The position numbers and the translations under genes are program-made. From the NCBI RefSeq assembly GCF_018350175.1, contig NC_058368.1:167030001-167094000 (forward strand): DNA of 64,000 bases. The letters run 5' to 3'. The notes under the pieces were generated by a model. That model saw nothing but the letters and a program-made list of their open reading frames with translations. It made no database searches and was not told the DNA's origin. Source of the stretch: Felis catus (lineage: Eukaryota). Shown here piece by piece: positions 24,560 through 37,716 of this stretch. Position 1 is the stretch's first letter. Every line of letters begins with the position of its first letter.

Positions 24560-26186
24560 CCAAGGAGGTGAAACACCTGTACTCCAAAAACTATAAAACA
24601 TTGTATAAACTATAAACTAAAACTATCAAACATGATAAAAGAAATTGAAGGTGACGCAAAATGGAACGATATTCCATGTTCATGGATTGGAAGAACAAAT
24701 AGTGTTAAAATGTCCATACTACCCAAAGCAATCTAGAGATTTAATGCAATCCTTATCAAAACACCAACATTTTTCATGAAAAGTAGAATAAATAATACCA
24801 AAATTTGTATGGAACCACAAAAAACTTCAGATGGCCAAAACAATCTTGAGAAAGAACAAAGCTGGAGGTATCACAATCCCAGATTTCAAGATATACTACA
24901 AAGGTATAGTAATCAAAACAATATGATACAGGCACAAAAATAGACACATAAGTCAATAGAATAGAATAAAGAGCCCGGGGGAGCAGGGGGAAGATAAGGT
25001 CACTTAATCTATGACAAAGGAGGCAAGAATATACAATGGAGAAAGATTATCCTTTCTCCATTGTAAATGGAGAAATGGTGCTGGGAAAACTGAACAACTA
25101 CATGGAAAAGAATGGAACTGGGCCATTTTCTTATACCATACACAAAAATAAAAAGGATTAAAGACTGAAGTGAGAAACCGAAAATCATAAAACTCATAGA
25201 AGAAAACATAGGCAGTTATTTCTTTGACATGACAGTGTCCATAGTAATATTTTTCTAGAAATGTCTCTTCAAACAAGGTAAATAAAAGCAAAGTTAAACT
25301 AGTGGAAGTATACTAAAATAAAAAGGTTTTATACAGCAAAGGAAACTATCAACAAAATAATAAGGCAACCTACTGAATGAGGGAAGATATTTGCAAATGA
25401 TATTTTCAATGAGGGGTTAATATCCAAAATATATAAAGAACTTATAGAACTCAATACCAGAAAAACAATCTGATTTAAAATTAGGCAGAGGGCCTGAATA
25501 GACATTTTTCCAAAGAAGACATACAGATGGTCATCAGACACATGAAAAGATGCTTAACATCACTAATCATCAGGAAATGCAAATCAAAACCACAATGAGA
25601 TATCACCTTATCCCTGTCAGAATGACTAAAATCAAAAGGACAAGAAATAACAAGTGTTGGTGAGGATGTGGAGAAAAAGGGACTATTGTGCACTGTGGGG
25701 GTGCAAACTGGTGCAGCCAATGTTGAAAATAGTATGGAGGTTCCTCAAAAAATTTTTAAAAAATAGAATTACCATATGATCCAGCAATTCCACTCCTGGG
25801 TATTTACCCAAAGAAAACAAAAAACACTAATTTGAAAAGACACCTGTGCTTATTGCAGCATTATTTACAATAACCAAGGTATGAAAGCAACCTAAGTATC
25901 TATCAATAGATGAATGGATAAAGATGTGGTGTATATACATATATACACAGTGGAATTATGAGATTCTGCCATTTGCAAAAACATGGATGGACCTAGAGGG
26001 TATAATGCTAAGTGAAAAAAGCTAAACACAAAAAGACAAATACCACATGATTTCACTCATATGTAGAATTTAAGAAATAAAACAAATGATCAAACAAAGA
26101 AAAAAAGAGACCAAAAAACAGACTCTTAAATATAGAGAACAAACTGGTGGTTACCAGAGGGGAGGTAGGGGGAGGGATGGATGGGG
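24560..26186 (+). mobile_element. L1 (ORF2 C-terminal part plus partial 3'UTR) inserted into a MIR
   Basis: [41 protein letters not shown] motifs; MIR halves on both sides. Confidence 0.95.
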
Positions 26187-26782
26187 AAAAAGGCTGTTAC
26201 AAGTATTAAATAAGTTCAAACTATTAGAGCACTTAAAAGAGACTATTGTATATAGTAAGCAATAGAAATCAAGTAACTATATATAAACCTATTTTTTAAA
26301 TTGCATTAAATGTGTCTATTACCATTAGACTATAACTTTTTTATCACACACACCAATGGTAAACATTTGGTAAAAGCTTAATGCCTAACAAATCATAAGT
26401 GTTTATAGTAATAAGGAAAAAGGATGGTGAAAAGTTAAGAAAAAATGACTTAAAGAAACAACTATAGAGTTAATCTATTACTGATAAAATTAATCCACTT
26501 ATAAGATTAAGTTAATTGATCCTTAAGGGAAAAGAATACTGATAGCATTAGTAAAATGCTTAATAGTTGACAAGCACTCTCACATACATTATCACATTTA
26601 AACTTCATAAATACACTTACGATGACTGAAATTTAAAATGTTTATGGGATTTACTAATGACCCCATTTTTAATAAATCCTGATGCCATTCAATTTGTAGT
26701 CAGGTATTATTTCTTAACACTTTATATCTCCTTCTGATTCACTGAAGAAAATGCATAAGAATTATATTTTAGTTTCATATTA

Positions 26783-28020
26783 TTTCATTCTTTCAATAAA
26801 TATTTATTGAACACCTACAGATGTACTGGGCATTATACTATGCACAGGAGATACAATAGTTTTGTTTTGTTTTGTTTTGTTTTAAGTCAAAGTTCCTCGT
26901 CCTAGTAGAACTTGCAACTATACAACCTAGTGCAGGAGACAGACACTAAAGATAAGTCAAATATGGAGGCTTTAGATGGTTGTAAATGCTATGCAGATTC
27001 AAGTAAAGCAGAAGAGGGAGCTGAGGTGTTCCAGGGAGGTGAGAATGTGACAACTTGAAAATGCTCCATAGAGGGGGTCAATAAAAGGGCTATATACTTA
27101 AAAATAGGCTTGTAAGATAGGTAGATATCTTGGGGAAGTTCATTCCAGGTTAAGAGTGAACCCACATAGGAGAGGGTCTGGCATTTTTAGTATATGTGCT
27201 GCCGAAGCGAGCACGAGGGTCTGGCATTTTTAAGGACACCAATGAACTAAAGCCAAAGGAGTAAGGAGTGAAATAAGAGATTAATCACAAAGATAATGGG
27301 AAGCCATATCATTTATGGTCTTGTAGGTCATTGTAAAACTTGGTTATTTTCCCAAGTGAGCTGGGAACCAAACAAAGAATTCTATGCAGAAGAGGGACAT
27401 GAAATGACAATGTTTCAAAAGGATGACAATATGATGACTATTGATGAACTGATTCAGGTGGAGGGAAGTGGAGAGGGGAAAAGGGCAAAAGCAGAGAAAT
27501 CAATGTTGGAAAGCTCCTGCAATAACCAGGGCAAAGATGACAGTGGTTTGAGTCAAGAGATTAGTAGAGAAGGTAGTGAGACTAGTTCGATTCTGAATAT
27601 ATTTAAAAGGTGGAGTCAATAGAATTTGATGATAAATGGAATATGAAGTGCAAGAGAAAGAAGGGAGTCAGGGATGATTTGAAGGCCTTAGGTCTGATAC
27701 CCTAGAAGAATGGAGTTGCTAGTAACTAGGATGTGTCAGTCTGCTTGTAGAGGTGGGTGTGGGTGGGGTTGGGAGGAGATAAAGCGTTTAATTTTAGATG
27801 TATAGTCTTTGAAATTCATATTTGATAGCCAAGTGAAGGTGTTGAGTAGGCAGTTAGATGTATGAATCTACAATTCAGGAAATAAACTCAGGCTAAAATT
27901 GTAAGCTTCAGAGATATATACACTAAATATATACTTTATATACTATATATATACTATACACCATAAGCAGAGAAATGAGGAAAAGGAAAGAAGAGGACCA
28001 AGGCCAAAGAGAGGGAAAGA
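26783..28020 (-). mobile_element. L2 (about 1.2 kb of 3' region)
   Basis: ttcattctttcaataaatatttattgaacacctac end; purine-rich antisense L2 motifs. Confidence 0.85.
27185..27214 (-). pseudogene. RNU6: U6 snRNA 5' fragment retrocopy (nt 1-30, tailless)
   Basis: reverse complement = GTGCTCGCTTCGGCAGCACATATACTAAAA; perfect flanking repeat gagggtctggcattttt(a). Confidence 0.96.
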
Positions 28021-29116
28021 ATCAATAAATTGGTTTACATTACCACTGATGTAAGCAAAATTTAGAGAACAGTGGGAAATCATTAAGTCAATCTGATACA
28101 AAGAGATATTATAGCAAGAGATATTTGTCAAATCAAACTAGAGACATTTTGGTCAATTCTAATTCCTATACTCTCACCATTTATCTAGAATTCGCAGGCA
28201 AAATGGTGAAAGAATCCATTTCATAATAGGCAAAAAGTTATAGAGAAGATGAAAATGTGATTATAATATTAAGCTCACGATTAAATAACTTAAAATTTTC
28301 CTTCATGCCTTAGCGAATGTAAGTAAGTGGGAGCTATGGCTGATTTTAGTCTATTTTGTGGCCAGGAAATAATACTTAAGGTACATGAAAATTGTTAAAA
28401 TACAAGACTTCTTCCTCATCTTAACACATCTAATCATGGGCATCCTATCTTGGAAAGAATGAGTTTTATAAATTTTCTTTATCCAAAGAATGCAACTTAA
28501 ATTTGCTCTTAATATGATTGTACAAAACTATAAATTCATTTTGAAGGAGAATCAAGAATAGGACTTCTAGAAACTGGCCTCAGATTACTTTTTGAAAATA
28601 ATCATCACTGCTGAAACCCATATGCTTGCCACTTGACATAATTTCTACTCAAGTCTCTGAAGAACATTATATTTACTTATTAAATGATCTGTTTATAATT
28701 AAAACATAGTTCTGATTAGATTAAGAGATGTGTGTTCTTCCTTCCTTCTAAACTAAAAAGGCTTAAATTATGAAGGCTTAAATATAAGGGAAACTGTAAT
28801 TCCCATGATTATATGGTACTGGTTATATGGTACTGGTCCCAGCTGAGAAAAGCTTAGAGAATTATGACAATGAATAACTCTGCCAGAAGGGCAAATCCAA
28901 AGATTTCATTTTAAAAAATAAGAAGTATTCCTTTAAATGTAAGTTATGCTCAAACCACAATAGGTTTTTTTTCTTCAAACCTGATTTCTATTTAATCATT
29001 CAAATCTAATAAAAACAGAAAAATAACAGATACAACCACATAAATACAGACTGAATGTTTTCCAGTGATTCACTCTGTAAGCACATTCACAAATATATTT
29101 TTCTGATATTCATTTC

Positions 29117-29326
29117 TTTTTTAAAATTTTTTTAATGTTTATTTATTTTTGAGAGAGACAGAGCATGAGCAGGGGAGGGGTAGAAAGGAAGACACAGAAT
29201 CAAAAGCAGGTTCCAGGCTCTGAGCTGTCAGCATAGAGCTCAATGTGGAGCTTGCACCCACATACCACGATATCCTGACCTGAGCTGTAGTCAGATGCTT
29301 AACCAACTGAGCCACCTAGGCACCCC
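29117..29326 (-). mobile_element. CAN-SINE
   Basis: TSD tttctgWtattMatttc. Confidence 0.94.
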
Positions 29327-30861
29327 TTTCTGTTATTAATTTCAATGATGATCAATTTATACTCGAAATGTACTGTTCTGACCACCTACACCTACACACC
29401 GACAGACATAAACTTAAAGTATAGATGATCTCTCTGTATGATTAACAGTCAAACATTCATGAATGTGTCCTGAACATTGCCCTGGATAAAACTTTCTATA
29501 ACATAGCAATGTTTAAGCCTCTTTTCAGGTTCAAATTGCTACAAGGTATTTATCACCATAAAACTAAGGTCAAAAATCTAAAGGTAACTGGGAATAAAAT
29601 GATCCTCTAAGAGAAAGAATTTTCTGGGGTATTCTCATGCAGATATTGGCTGAAAACAAATCACAAAATATCTGTTATTTTTCTTTATTCCACAATGTAA
29701 CTAGTAATACAGAGATAAAAAATAAAATATGAAGTTTTAAAAAATTTATCAACACCAAAAAATAAAATATCAATTTAGTACAAAAGGGGTAAAATTTATA
29801 TTTTTTTCTAAATCAGCACGATGTCTTTACCTTATAGACACTGGTACCCAGGGGGAAGAATGCCATTCATTTCTCATAAGTGATACAAGGAGTCAATGGC
29901 AAGTGTTAAGCATGAGATAGAAATGAAAAATCTTCAAAGCAATAACAGACACATGAAACACATCCCAAAGGGAAATGGGAGAGCCACAGGAAAGAAATAA
30001 AGTGAAGTGAATACAACCTCACAACTAGTGCAAATCCCTCAGGAATGTTCCTAATATGAACCGTTAAAGCCATGTGTTTAACATTTGATAAATCTAAATT
30101 CTTTTTTGTCAAACTGGGAAGCTCCAGGCATAGTAAGCATTAACCTGATCCCATAAAAGGCATTATATAGTCTGTCTTTATATTTCATTGCAAAATGACG
30201 TTACAAATGTACATCCAGGTCCTGCTTCTATGTTTCATTCTTATGAGTTAAATAAATAGATGACCTTCTTGTTTGAATATTAAGTTCAATGAATCCATTC
30301 TATTAAAAGATGGTTGCTGAAATATATCATGGTCATGTCTACATAATGGAAACATCAGAAACAATCTCCTCCATACTTTGCCCCATACACCCCATTTTAC
30401 TCAACAACATGGCATATCCTAAAAGGTTCAATGAGAAAACAAACTCTCAAGTATCTTAACAGCAGCTAAGTTGTCAAGCATATGTTTCAACCCACTGAGA
30501 AACTGCCAAAAATAAAAATAGAGAGATGTGTAATAGGAATGTGATGTGACAAGGAGATATAGAGCTTAGAAAATGGAGGTAGAGGCCCTTGTTCCAGATT
30601 CTTCTTTCAGTGGCCTTGGGCAAGTCATATTTAAAAGTTAGATTTCAACTCTTCATTTGTAAAATGAAATTGTTGACTGATTAATCTCTACAGCCCTCAC
30701 ATCTCTACCACTCTATATTTCTAAATTATTCTAAGCTGCTATTAACCACAAAGGTAATCAACAGATTATAAATTCCAGTATGGTTAGGGTCTATATATTG
30801 TCCATCCCTGACCAAATATTTATTGTGTGCCAGGCACTGTGACAAATTCTTAACAAAATAT

Positions 30862-30871
<10 letters not shown>

Positions 30872-30893
<22 letters not shown>

Positions 30894-31106
30894 ATTTTTT
30901 TTTCAACATTTGTTTATTTTTGGGACAGAGAGAGACAGAGCATGAACGGGGGAGGGGCAGAGAGAGGGGGAGACACAGAATCGGAAACAGGCTCCAGGCT
31001 CTGAGCCATCAGCCCAGAGCCTGACGCGGGGCTCGATCTCCTGGACCGCGAGATCATGACCTGGCTGAAGTCGGACGCTTAACCGACTGCGCCACCCAGG
31101 CGCCCC
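30872..31106 (-). mobile_element. young SINEC_Fc within MIR
   Basis: CpG-rich, (ATTT)n tail, TSD atatttatttattt. Confidence 0.96.
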
Positions 31107-31536
31107 ATATTTATTTATTTTTTATAACCACTTCATGAGAAAGCTATTATCATTCTCCCTACCATTTTACAGATGAGGAAAGTTAGAAAAGTTAAATAGT
31201 TTGCCACAAACAATTGAATACATAATAACTCCATTCTGTGCTGCCTCCTAATCAGATAGAAAACAAAACAAAAACAATTCTTCCAAGGAAGAGAAAACTC
31301 ACCCAAAATCTTTGAAATAGTCCAATTAGGAAACAAAGTGATTACTAATCTTATTTGGAAGTCAAGAAAGCAAAACTGATTCCACAAAAATCAGGGCACA
31401 CTGATTTAGATTAAGACTTTTACTTTGAATTGTTTCCCATAGTAACAGAGTTTTGTTTTTGTTTTTGTTTTTGTTTTTTACTACCTGGAGATTTCCTAGA
31501 TTGGTGATGCCATGGTCACATGAAAAGTGAGGGGGT

Positions 31537-31732
31537 GGGGCGCCTGGGTGGCTCAGTCAGTCGAGCATGGGGCTCTTGGTTTCATCAGGTTCTGATCTCA
31601 GGGTTTGTGGGATCAAATCCAGTGTCAGGCTCTGTGCTGACAGTGCAGAACCTGCTTGGGATTCTCTCTCTCCCTCTCACTCTGCCCCTCCCCTGCTCTG
31701 TCTCTCAAAATAAATACATAAGCATTTTTTTT
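31537..31732 (+). mobile_element. CAN-SINE
   Basis: head, body and tail; degenerate TSD aaagtga. Confidence 0.92.
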
Positions 31733-32984
31733 AAAGTGAAGAGTCAACTGAAGTGAGATAATAGGGGCATCTTAATGGGCATGACACATTAGAATTTTGA
31801 ACAGAAACAGGAGAGGGAAGTAATATTTCTTCAACATTTAATATGATTCAACAAGCTAATTCCAAGCCCTTGCTCATATAGCATTTAGACATTTTCTGCT
31901 TTTCTCACCATAATTCCCTCTGTCAGTGTGTCAAACATCTGTTCAACTTAAAAATGTATAACATTCAGAACATAAAGTACCCTTGGCATAAAAATACTGC
32001 CTCAGTATTTTTCCAAGATGCTCCAAATTCTAGGACTGTCCTAGTTGAGGGTGCTCCATTCCCCAGAACCATTTTCAGTTTGGAAGTCTTGCCCAGGAGT
32101 TTATTTTTATTTGTAAGGAGGAGGTGGAAATAGCCAGAAGTTTATTTCAAAGAACTTTCTATTTAAAAGATTGTCATTTAAATAGAATTAATTATGATAC
32201 AGTTTCAAATTTCACAAACCACATTGAGAAGGTCAGGGACAAGAGCTCACTTGAGAAATTTAGTGGAAGAAATACATTTCTCTACTCAGGGAACAGCTAT
32301 GTAAACCTTCCCTTCACAAAACAGCCTGAGATTATAATCGAAAATCCAAAGAATCATGACAGTGCTTTTTGGAGGCTTTTAAAGTTGGTATCCCTTTCCT
32401 TCAAAATACTTCAGTGAGCTCTCCAAAGTAGTAAGACAAGATGCTTTTATAGTGATTTATATGGTATTTTCCATCTTAACAGCTGGACTCTTTATGTTTG
32501 TAGTATTGCCATGTGGCACACTGTTCAAAGCAATGGAGTTTTAGAAGTCCTGAAAACAGGATGTTCACTTAAGGACTATATAGAACATGTTACAAATTTA
32601 AAATATGAAAAGGAAAGGAATTCAGTTGCAAAGAGCATGAAACCTGAATCCACAAGCTTTTCCAACGCTTTTTAATGCAGTCAAAGGGGGATGAGAAATG
32701 TTCATTCTTCCAACTGTCAGCAAACATATGTATGAAGCTTAACTGGCTTCATAACCCCTGCAGGGCCTTTTCCCTTGGTTTTGCCTCATTTTCCAACAGG
32801 TTTTAAGCATCAGCAATGTAGTTAAGCAGCCTTCCTCTTTTGCAACAAATCTCTTATTTTCTTTCAAAAAGGATGCTTATATTTTAGAATAGCACATGCG
32901 CTCACCAATATATTATAAAATCTAATTTACTTATATTATCTATTTTTGTAATATACACATACACAAAGATTGTAATATATATTT

Positions 32985-33143
32985 GAAAAGATTAATACAA
33001 ATGCAGGGGAGGGGCGGAGAGAGAGGGAGAAAGAGGATCCAAAGCAGACTCTGTGCTGTCAGTGGGGAACCCGAGGTGGGACTCAAACTTGTGAAGGGAG
33101 ATCATGACCTGAGCTGAAGTCCCAATGGAGACACCCAGGTGCT
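32985..33143 (-). mobile_element. degraded CAN-SINE
   Basis: gatcatgacctgagctgaagtc...cacccaggtgc. Confidence 0.85.
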
Positions 33144-33660
33144 GGGCAAAAGTATATTTTGATCACAAGTATAATCCTTTTATCTTTTTGAACAGGAGTT
33201 TAATATATCACATACTATAAACTACTAAATAAAAATGATTGATTATAATAAATATTTTAATTAACACTAAAGCATAAATAATTTCTTGTCTTTAATTGTT
33301 ACATAACAACTAAAAGAAGTAAATTCTGGAATTAAAAGTAGAAAAAAAATCTTAGCCTTGTATAAGTAATTTTCTTAATAGTAAAATTGTGTACAGGACA
33401 TACTATGCAAATGAAAAATTAAAAATTAAACTACTTTCTGCTCGTGGATCTAAAAACCCCAAAAGATCAAAAAAATATTAGTATTAATATTCAAGTTTAA
33501 TTACTTGCTTTAATCATGTTTAATCATTTGTATCATGAACTATAAGACAAGAAATCCAAATATTTTATGGATCATATGTTAGAAATAATTGACTATGTGA
33601 CATAAATAACTCATCCAGATTTTTTTTAATTTATCTACATTCCTTTAAAGATTCAACAGC

Positions 33661-33740
33661 ATATATATATATATATTTTCCATATATATATATTCCATAT
33701 ATATATTATATATGTATATATATAATATATATATGGAATA
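33661..33740. repeat. (TA)n-rich repeat containing a 23-bp perfect inverted repeat
   Basis: 33691-33713 is the reverse complement of 33718-33740. Confidence 0.93.
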
Positions 33741-34022
33741 ATACAGCCAAAGAGTACCTCAAACTATGTGTTTTTATAAATAGTAGATATATGGCTAACT
33801 TGATCTGAGAACACTTACTATGCCAACTTCAACTTCTTTCAAAATTAATTACTGAGCTGTAATACAAGAAAATGGATAAAAGAATAACAATCACATATTC
33901 AAACACCCCAATTTATGATTTTTATCATGGAGTTTGCACATGTTAAAAGGAAAATCAAAATGTAAAGAACAACGACTCATATACACAGATAATATGTCAA
34001 ACCTAAAAGAATTTCAACAATA

Positions 34023-34245
34023 GGGGCATCGGGGTGGCTCAGTTGGTTAAGTGTCCCACTTCAGCTCACGTCATAACCTTGCAGTTTGTGGGTTTGAGCC
34101 CCGCATCAGGCTCTGAGCTGTCAGCACAGAGCTGTCAGCTCTAAGCCTGCCTCGGATTCTGTGTCTCCCTCTGTCTCTCTCCCTCCCCTGCTCACAGTCT
34201 GTCTCTCTTTGTCTCCCAAAAATAAACAAATGGTAATTTCTTTTT
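34023..34245 (+). mobile_element. CAN-SINE
   Basis: perfect 15-bp TSD aaagaatttcaacaa; internal gagctgtcagc duplication. Confidence 0.95.
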
Positions 34246-34575
34246 AAAGAATTTCAACAACAAACTGTTTCATTCCTCTTGCCTATGTCGGTGTCTTGAA
34301 CAGCATGCTGGTGGTAGAAGCTGTTAGTACTCTGACACCCAGCCAGGTCTCCAGATAATATCTTCCCTGAAAACATCCTATAGATCAAGTAACCAAAATA
34401 TAAAATAAAAACATTTTGTATAATGTTTATATATTAAAAGAAAGTGGTTATAGATTGTTGCAAGAGGAGGAAGATTCCTTACACAGTATTTAAAACCTCT
34501 GGCATAATCTCAAGTTTCAAGTTTACTACAATTCATGTATTCATTCATTCATTCTTTCATTCACCATATACTTCT

Positions 34576-34754
34576 ATGCATCAGGGATAGCAAATATGAA
34601 GGCCCTTATGCAACGTGAACAGGAAAGATGAATGTGGAAAGGTTATATCTGAGCTAAAAGCTGGATGATGAGAAGGTAGAATCATGTAAATATTTTGCTG
34701 AAGCACTTAATGCATGAGGGATAGCAAATAGGAAGGCCCTTATGCAAAGTGAAC
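34576..34754. repeat. 45-bp direct repeat (42/45 identical), 89-bp spacer
   Basis: 34576-34620 vs 34710-34754. Confidence 0.93.
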
Positions 34755-36965
34755 CCTTCTGGGTACTGTCAACTTCTCATATGCTACCATAGACCATAGG
34801 ATAGGCAAGTATCCTCCCTCTACTCTAAGAGTATGCCAGTGTCCTCTATTTGTTCATTCTTGGCAGTGGACCAACAGTGAGAGTGCCATTTCTTAGATAT
34901 GTTTACTATAGTTCCTAAACATTACTCAAGTCAGAAATTTCTAGTACAGCTTTGAATGACATCTCAAATATTATTCAAATCCATCATGAAAATTTATTTC
35001 AAAACATAGTCCCAAAGTCTCAGAACACACAAGTATAGATTATATGTAAATTGTTCCTTAAATGTAAAAGGTTGGAGGTTTATGGTAGAGTCAATGAAGC
35101 TTTTTAAATTATACCTAGATGTTAGTTATTATAATTTTTAAATGTTTTGTCAAATTACAAAAGACATACAATAATCATGCAGAAAATTTAGAAAATACAA
35201 AGTAAGAGTAAGAAACAAGTAAGTAAGAAAGTAAACAAATACACAAGAAAGTAAGAAAGAAGAAAACAAGAAGCAAAGTGAATGTCAGCAAATGTGGATG
35301 AACATTCTTTAACAATATTTTATAATTCCTCATTGTACATCTCTATACTACTAGATGGAGACCACAAATTTGCAGCATATTACTGCTTGTATCATGCAAC
35401 CATTACAGAAGCATTTCCAACTAATTAAAAATTCTGCCAAACCTCAGTCTTAATATATATAGAATATTCTATTGTATGATTACACCACAAATTTTATAAA
35501 TCTCCCTCTTACTAAGCATAAAATTCACTTCTAATTTTTTAATGACACTTAGATTAATGAGAAAGGAATCTTATATGAAATATTATCATCTATTTTTGGT
35601 TTAGAAAAACTTCTTTTAGCATCTTGCAATTTTACAGAATTCTATGAGTTATAGTTATAAAGTTTTCAACAAATATAATCAAATTATATAAAAATTACAT
35701 AATAATAATTTTGTCTTCTTCAGCCAATCATTATATCTTTTATTTATGTTTTAAATAAAATTGGTCCAAATTATGAAAAAATATCAAAAAGGAATAATTA
35801 TATGCATGCCACACTTTTGTTCATTTCAATGGCAATACCTACTCCATTTTGCAGTCACTTATTGTGCTGGCTCTGGGCACAGAAGAGGTAGTCTTTATTA
35901 TATTGATGAATATAGCCCTAGTTTCCTAAATTTTAGGGGAAATAGGTCTTAAAAATAGTAGCTAATATTTATATGACACTCTCTGGCACTGTTAACATAT
36001 TACCTAAATTACCTTTTTAATCCCCACAACAAAGCTCTAAGGTACATATTATTATTATGCACATTTTACATATGAACCAACTAAGTATACAGAGGTTATG
36101 TGTCTATTAAAATTCTATTAATCTATTTAAACTCTATTAAAGAGAAATCTATTAAAATTCTTGTATGGTTTGTTTTGCTTGTACTGTTGATAAAATTATC
36201 ACACCTAAGAAAGCTAAAAATTAATTGCATTTTTGGAATAAAGCCTATTTGTTCTGAATAAATAATTCTGCCAATGTTTCCTCATATTCCATTTGGAATT
36301 TTTGTATCTACATTAATATGCAAAATTATTCTTTAGTTTTTGTTCTTGTACTGCCTTTTTTTGGTTTTGGTAACAAGGTTATGGTAGATTCATAATATTA
36401 ATTGAATAACTATCCACCTTTTTTCTATCTTTTGATATGGATAATATTTCCTTAATACTCCTCAAACACAGTTTTGATCTTCTCTTTGATCCAAGAGTTA
36501 TTTAGAAAAGTGATTTTAAATTTCATAGAGGTTTTAAATAGAAATCAATTAGCAAAAGCTCAGATGGACAAAAAAGTTATTTTTTTGGTCGTTTAAGCTT
36601 TTGCTAATAAAGGTCAGTTGTATCACATTATGAGTAGAAAATATTGACTAAATAAATACTATTTTCTAGACAAATTGAAGATTTTTTAAAGCCTCTGTTC
36701 AGCCATTATAAACATGCCAAATAATCTATTTGATACAGGATTGTAAGCTACATAATTTGTACATATACATATTATTCTTGTATTTATATAATTATGTGTG
36801 TTTATATGAAATATCAAAACTTATTTATGGTTACATAAGCTTTCTCTTACTCTATTTTTTTATACCATCACCTATCAAAGAGTAAGAGCAGATTGTTAAT
36901 GTCTTTTGTAACAATTGTATTTTTTATCAATTAGCCTGTTCTGTCTTCTACATTATTTTATATTT

Positions 36966-37170
36966 TATTTATTTATTTCTAAATGTTTATTTATTTTGAG
37001 AGAGCACACATGCAGGGAAGAGCAGAAAGAAAGGGAGGGAAAAACCCTCAAGCAGGGTCTGCTCTGTGAGCACAGAGCCCTCCATGGGGCCCCATCTCAT
37101 GAACCATGAGATCATGACCTGAACCGAAATCAAGTCAGATGTCTAACTGACCGAGCCATCCAGGTTCCCC
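36966..37170 (-). mobile_element. CAN-SINE
   Basis: perfect 17-bp TSD tacattattttatattt. Confidence 0.94.
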
Positions 37171-37716
37171 TACATTATTTTATATTTCAGACAGGTATGT
37201 GATTTAGTTTTAGTTTTCTAGTTTAAATAGCATGTATTGGCATATTGTTATTTAATCCAACACTTGAGGTTTTAATTTTACATAATATCATTTCATCAGT
37301 TTATATATATTTTTAGATTACATATGTCTATTCTTATATTTGACATCTTATTTTCTAAATTTTATATTTCTAGCATTGTTTGCTTTTCCTATTGCTTTCC
37401 ATTCTATCATGTATGCATTACTTTACTTTTTCCATTTTTCTGCATTTTCTATTTCTCTAAACAGTTCCTAATTCAACATGATATCTCTTGATTTCTTCTA
37501 ACATAGAGATTACTTTTACTTCTTTGATGCTTCACTCATAGTTTTTAATTAATAAAATATGATTTTTTTGAGGCTCAAGTTTTGTTAAAATTAATACTTC
37601 ACATTGTCTTCTGTGAACCACTTTTGAAATTTGTATTTGTTTATAGCCATACTCTCTAATTACACTTTTTATATTGTTTTTATTCCATCTCCATATCTTT
37701 CTTTTTTTTAATTATT

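Noticed and set aside
28809..28836. 14-bp tandem duplication ttatatggtactgg
   Set aside because: Ordinary slippage duplication with no further structure.
29529..29545. ttttcAG...aag/GTAttt micro-exon
   Set aside because: 17 nt, weak donor, no supporting context.
34576..34754. CRISPR-like repeat-spacer
   Set aside because: Only two copies, mammalian context, derived from L2-like sequence.
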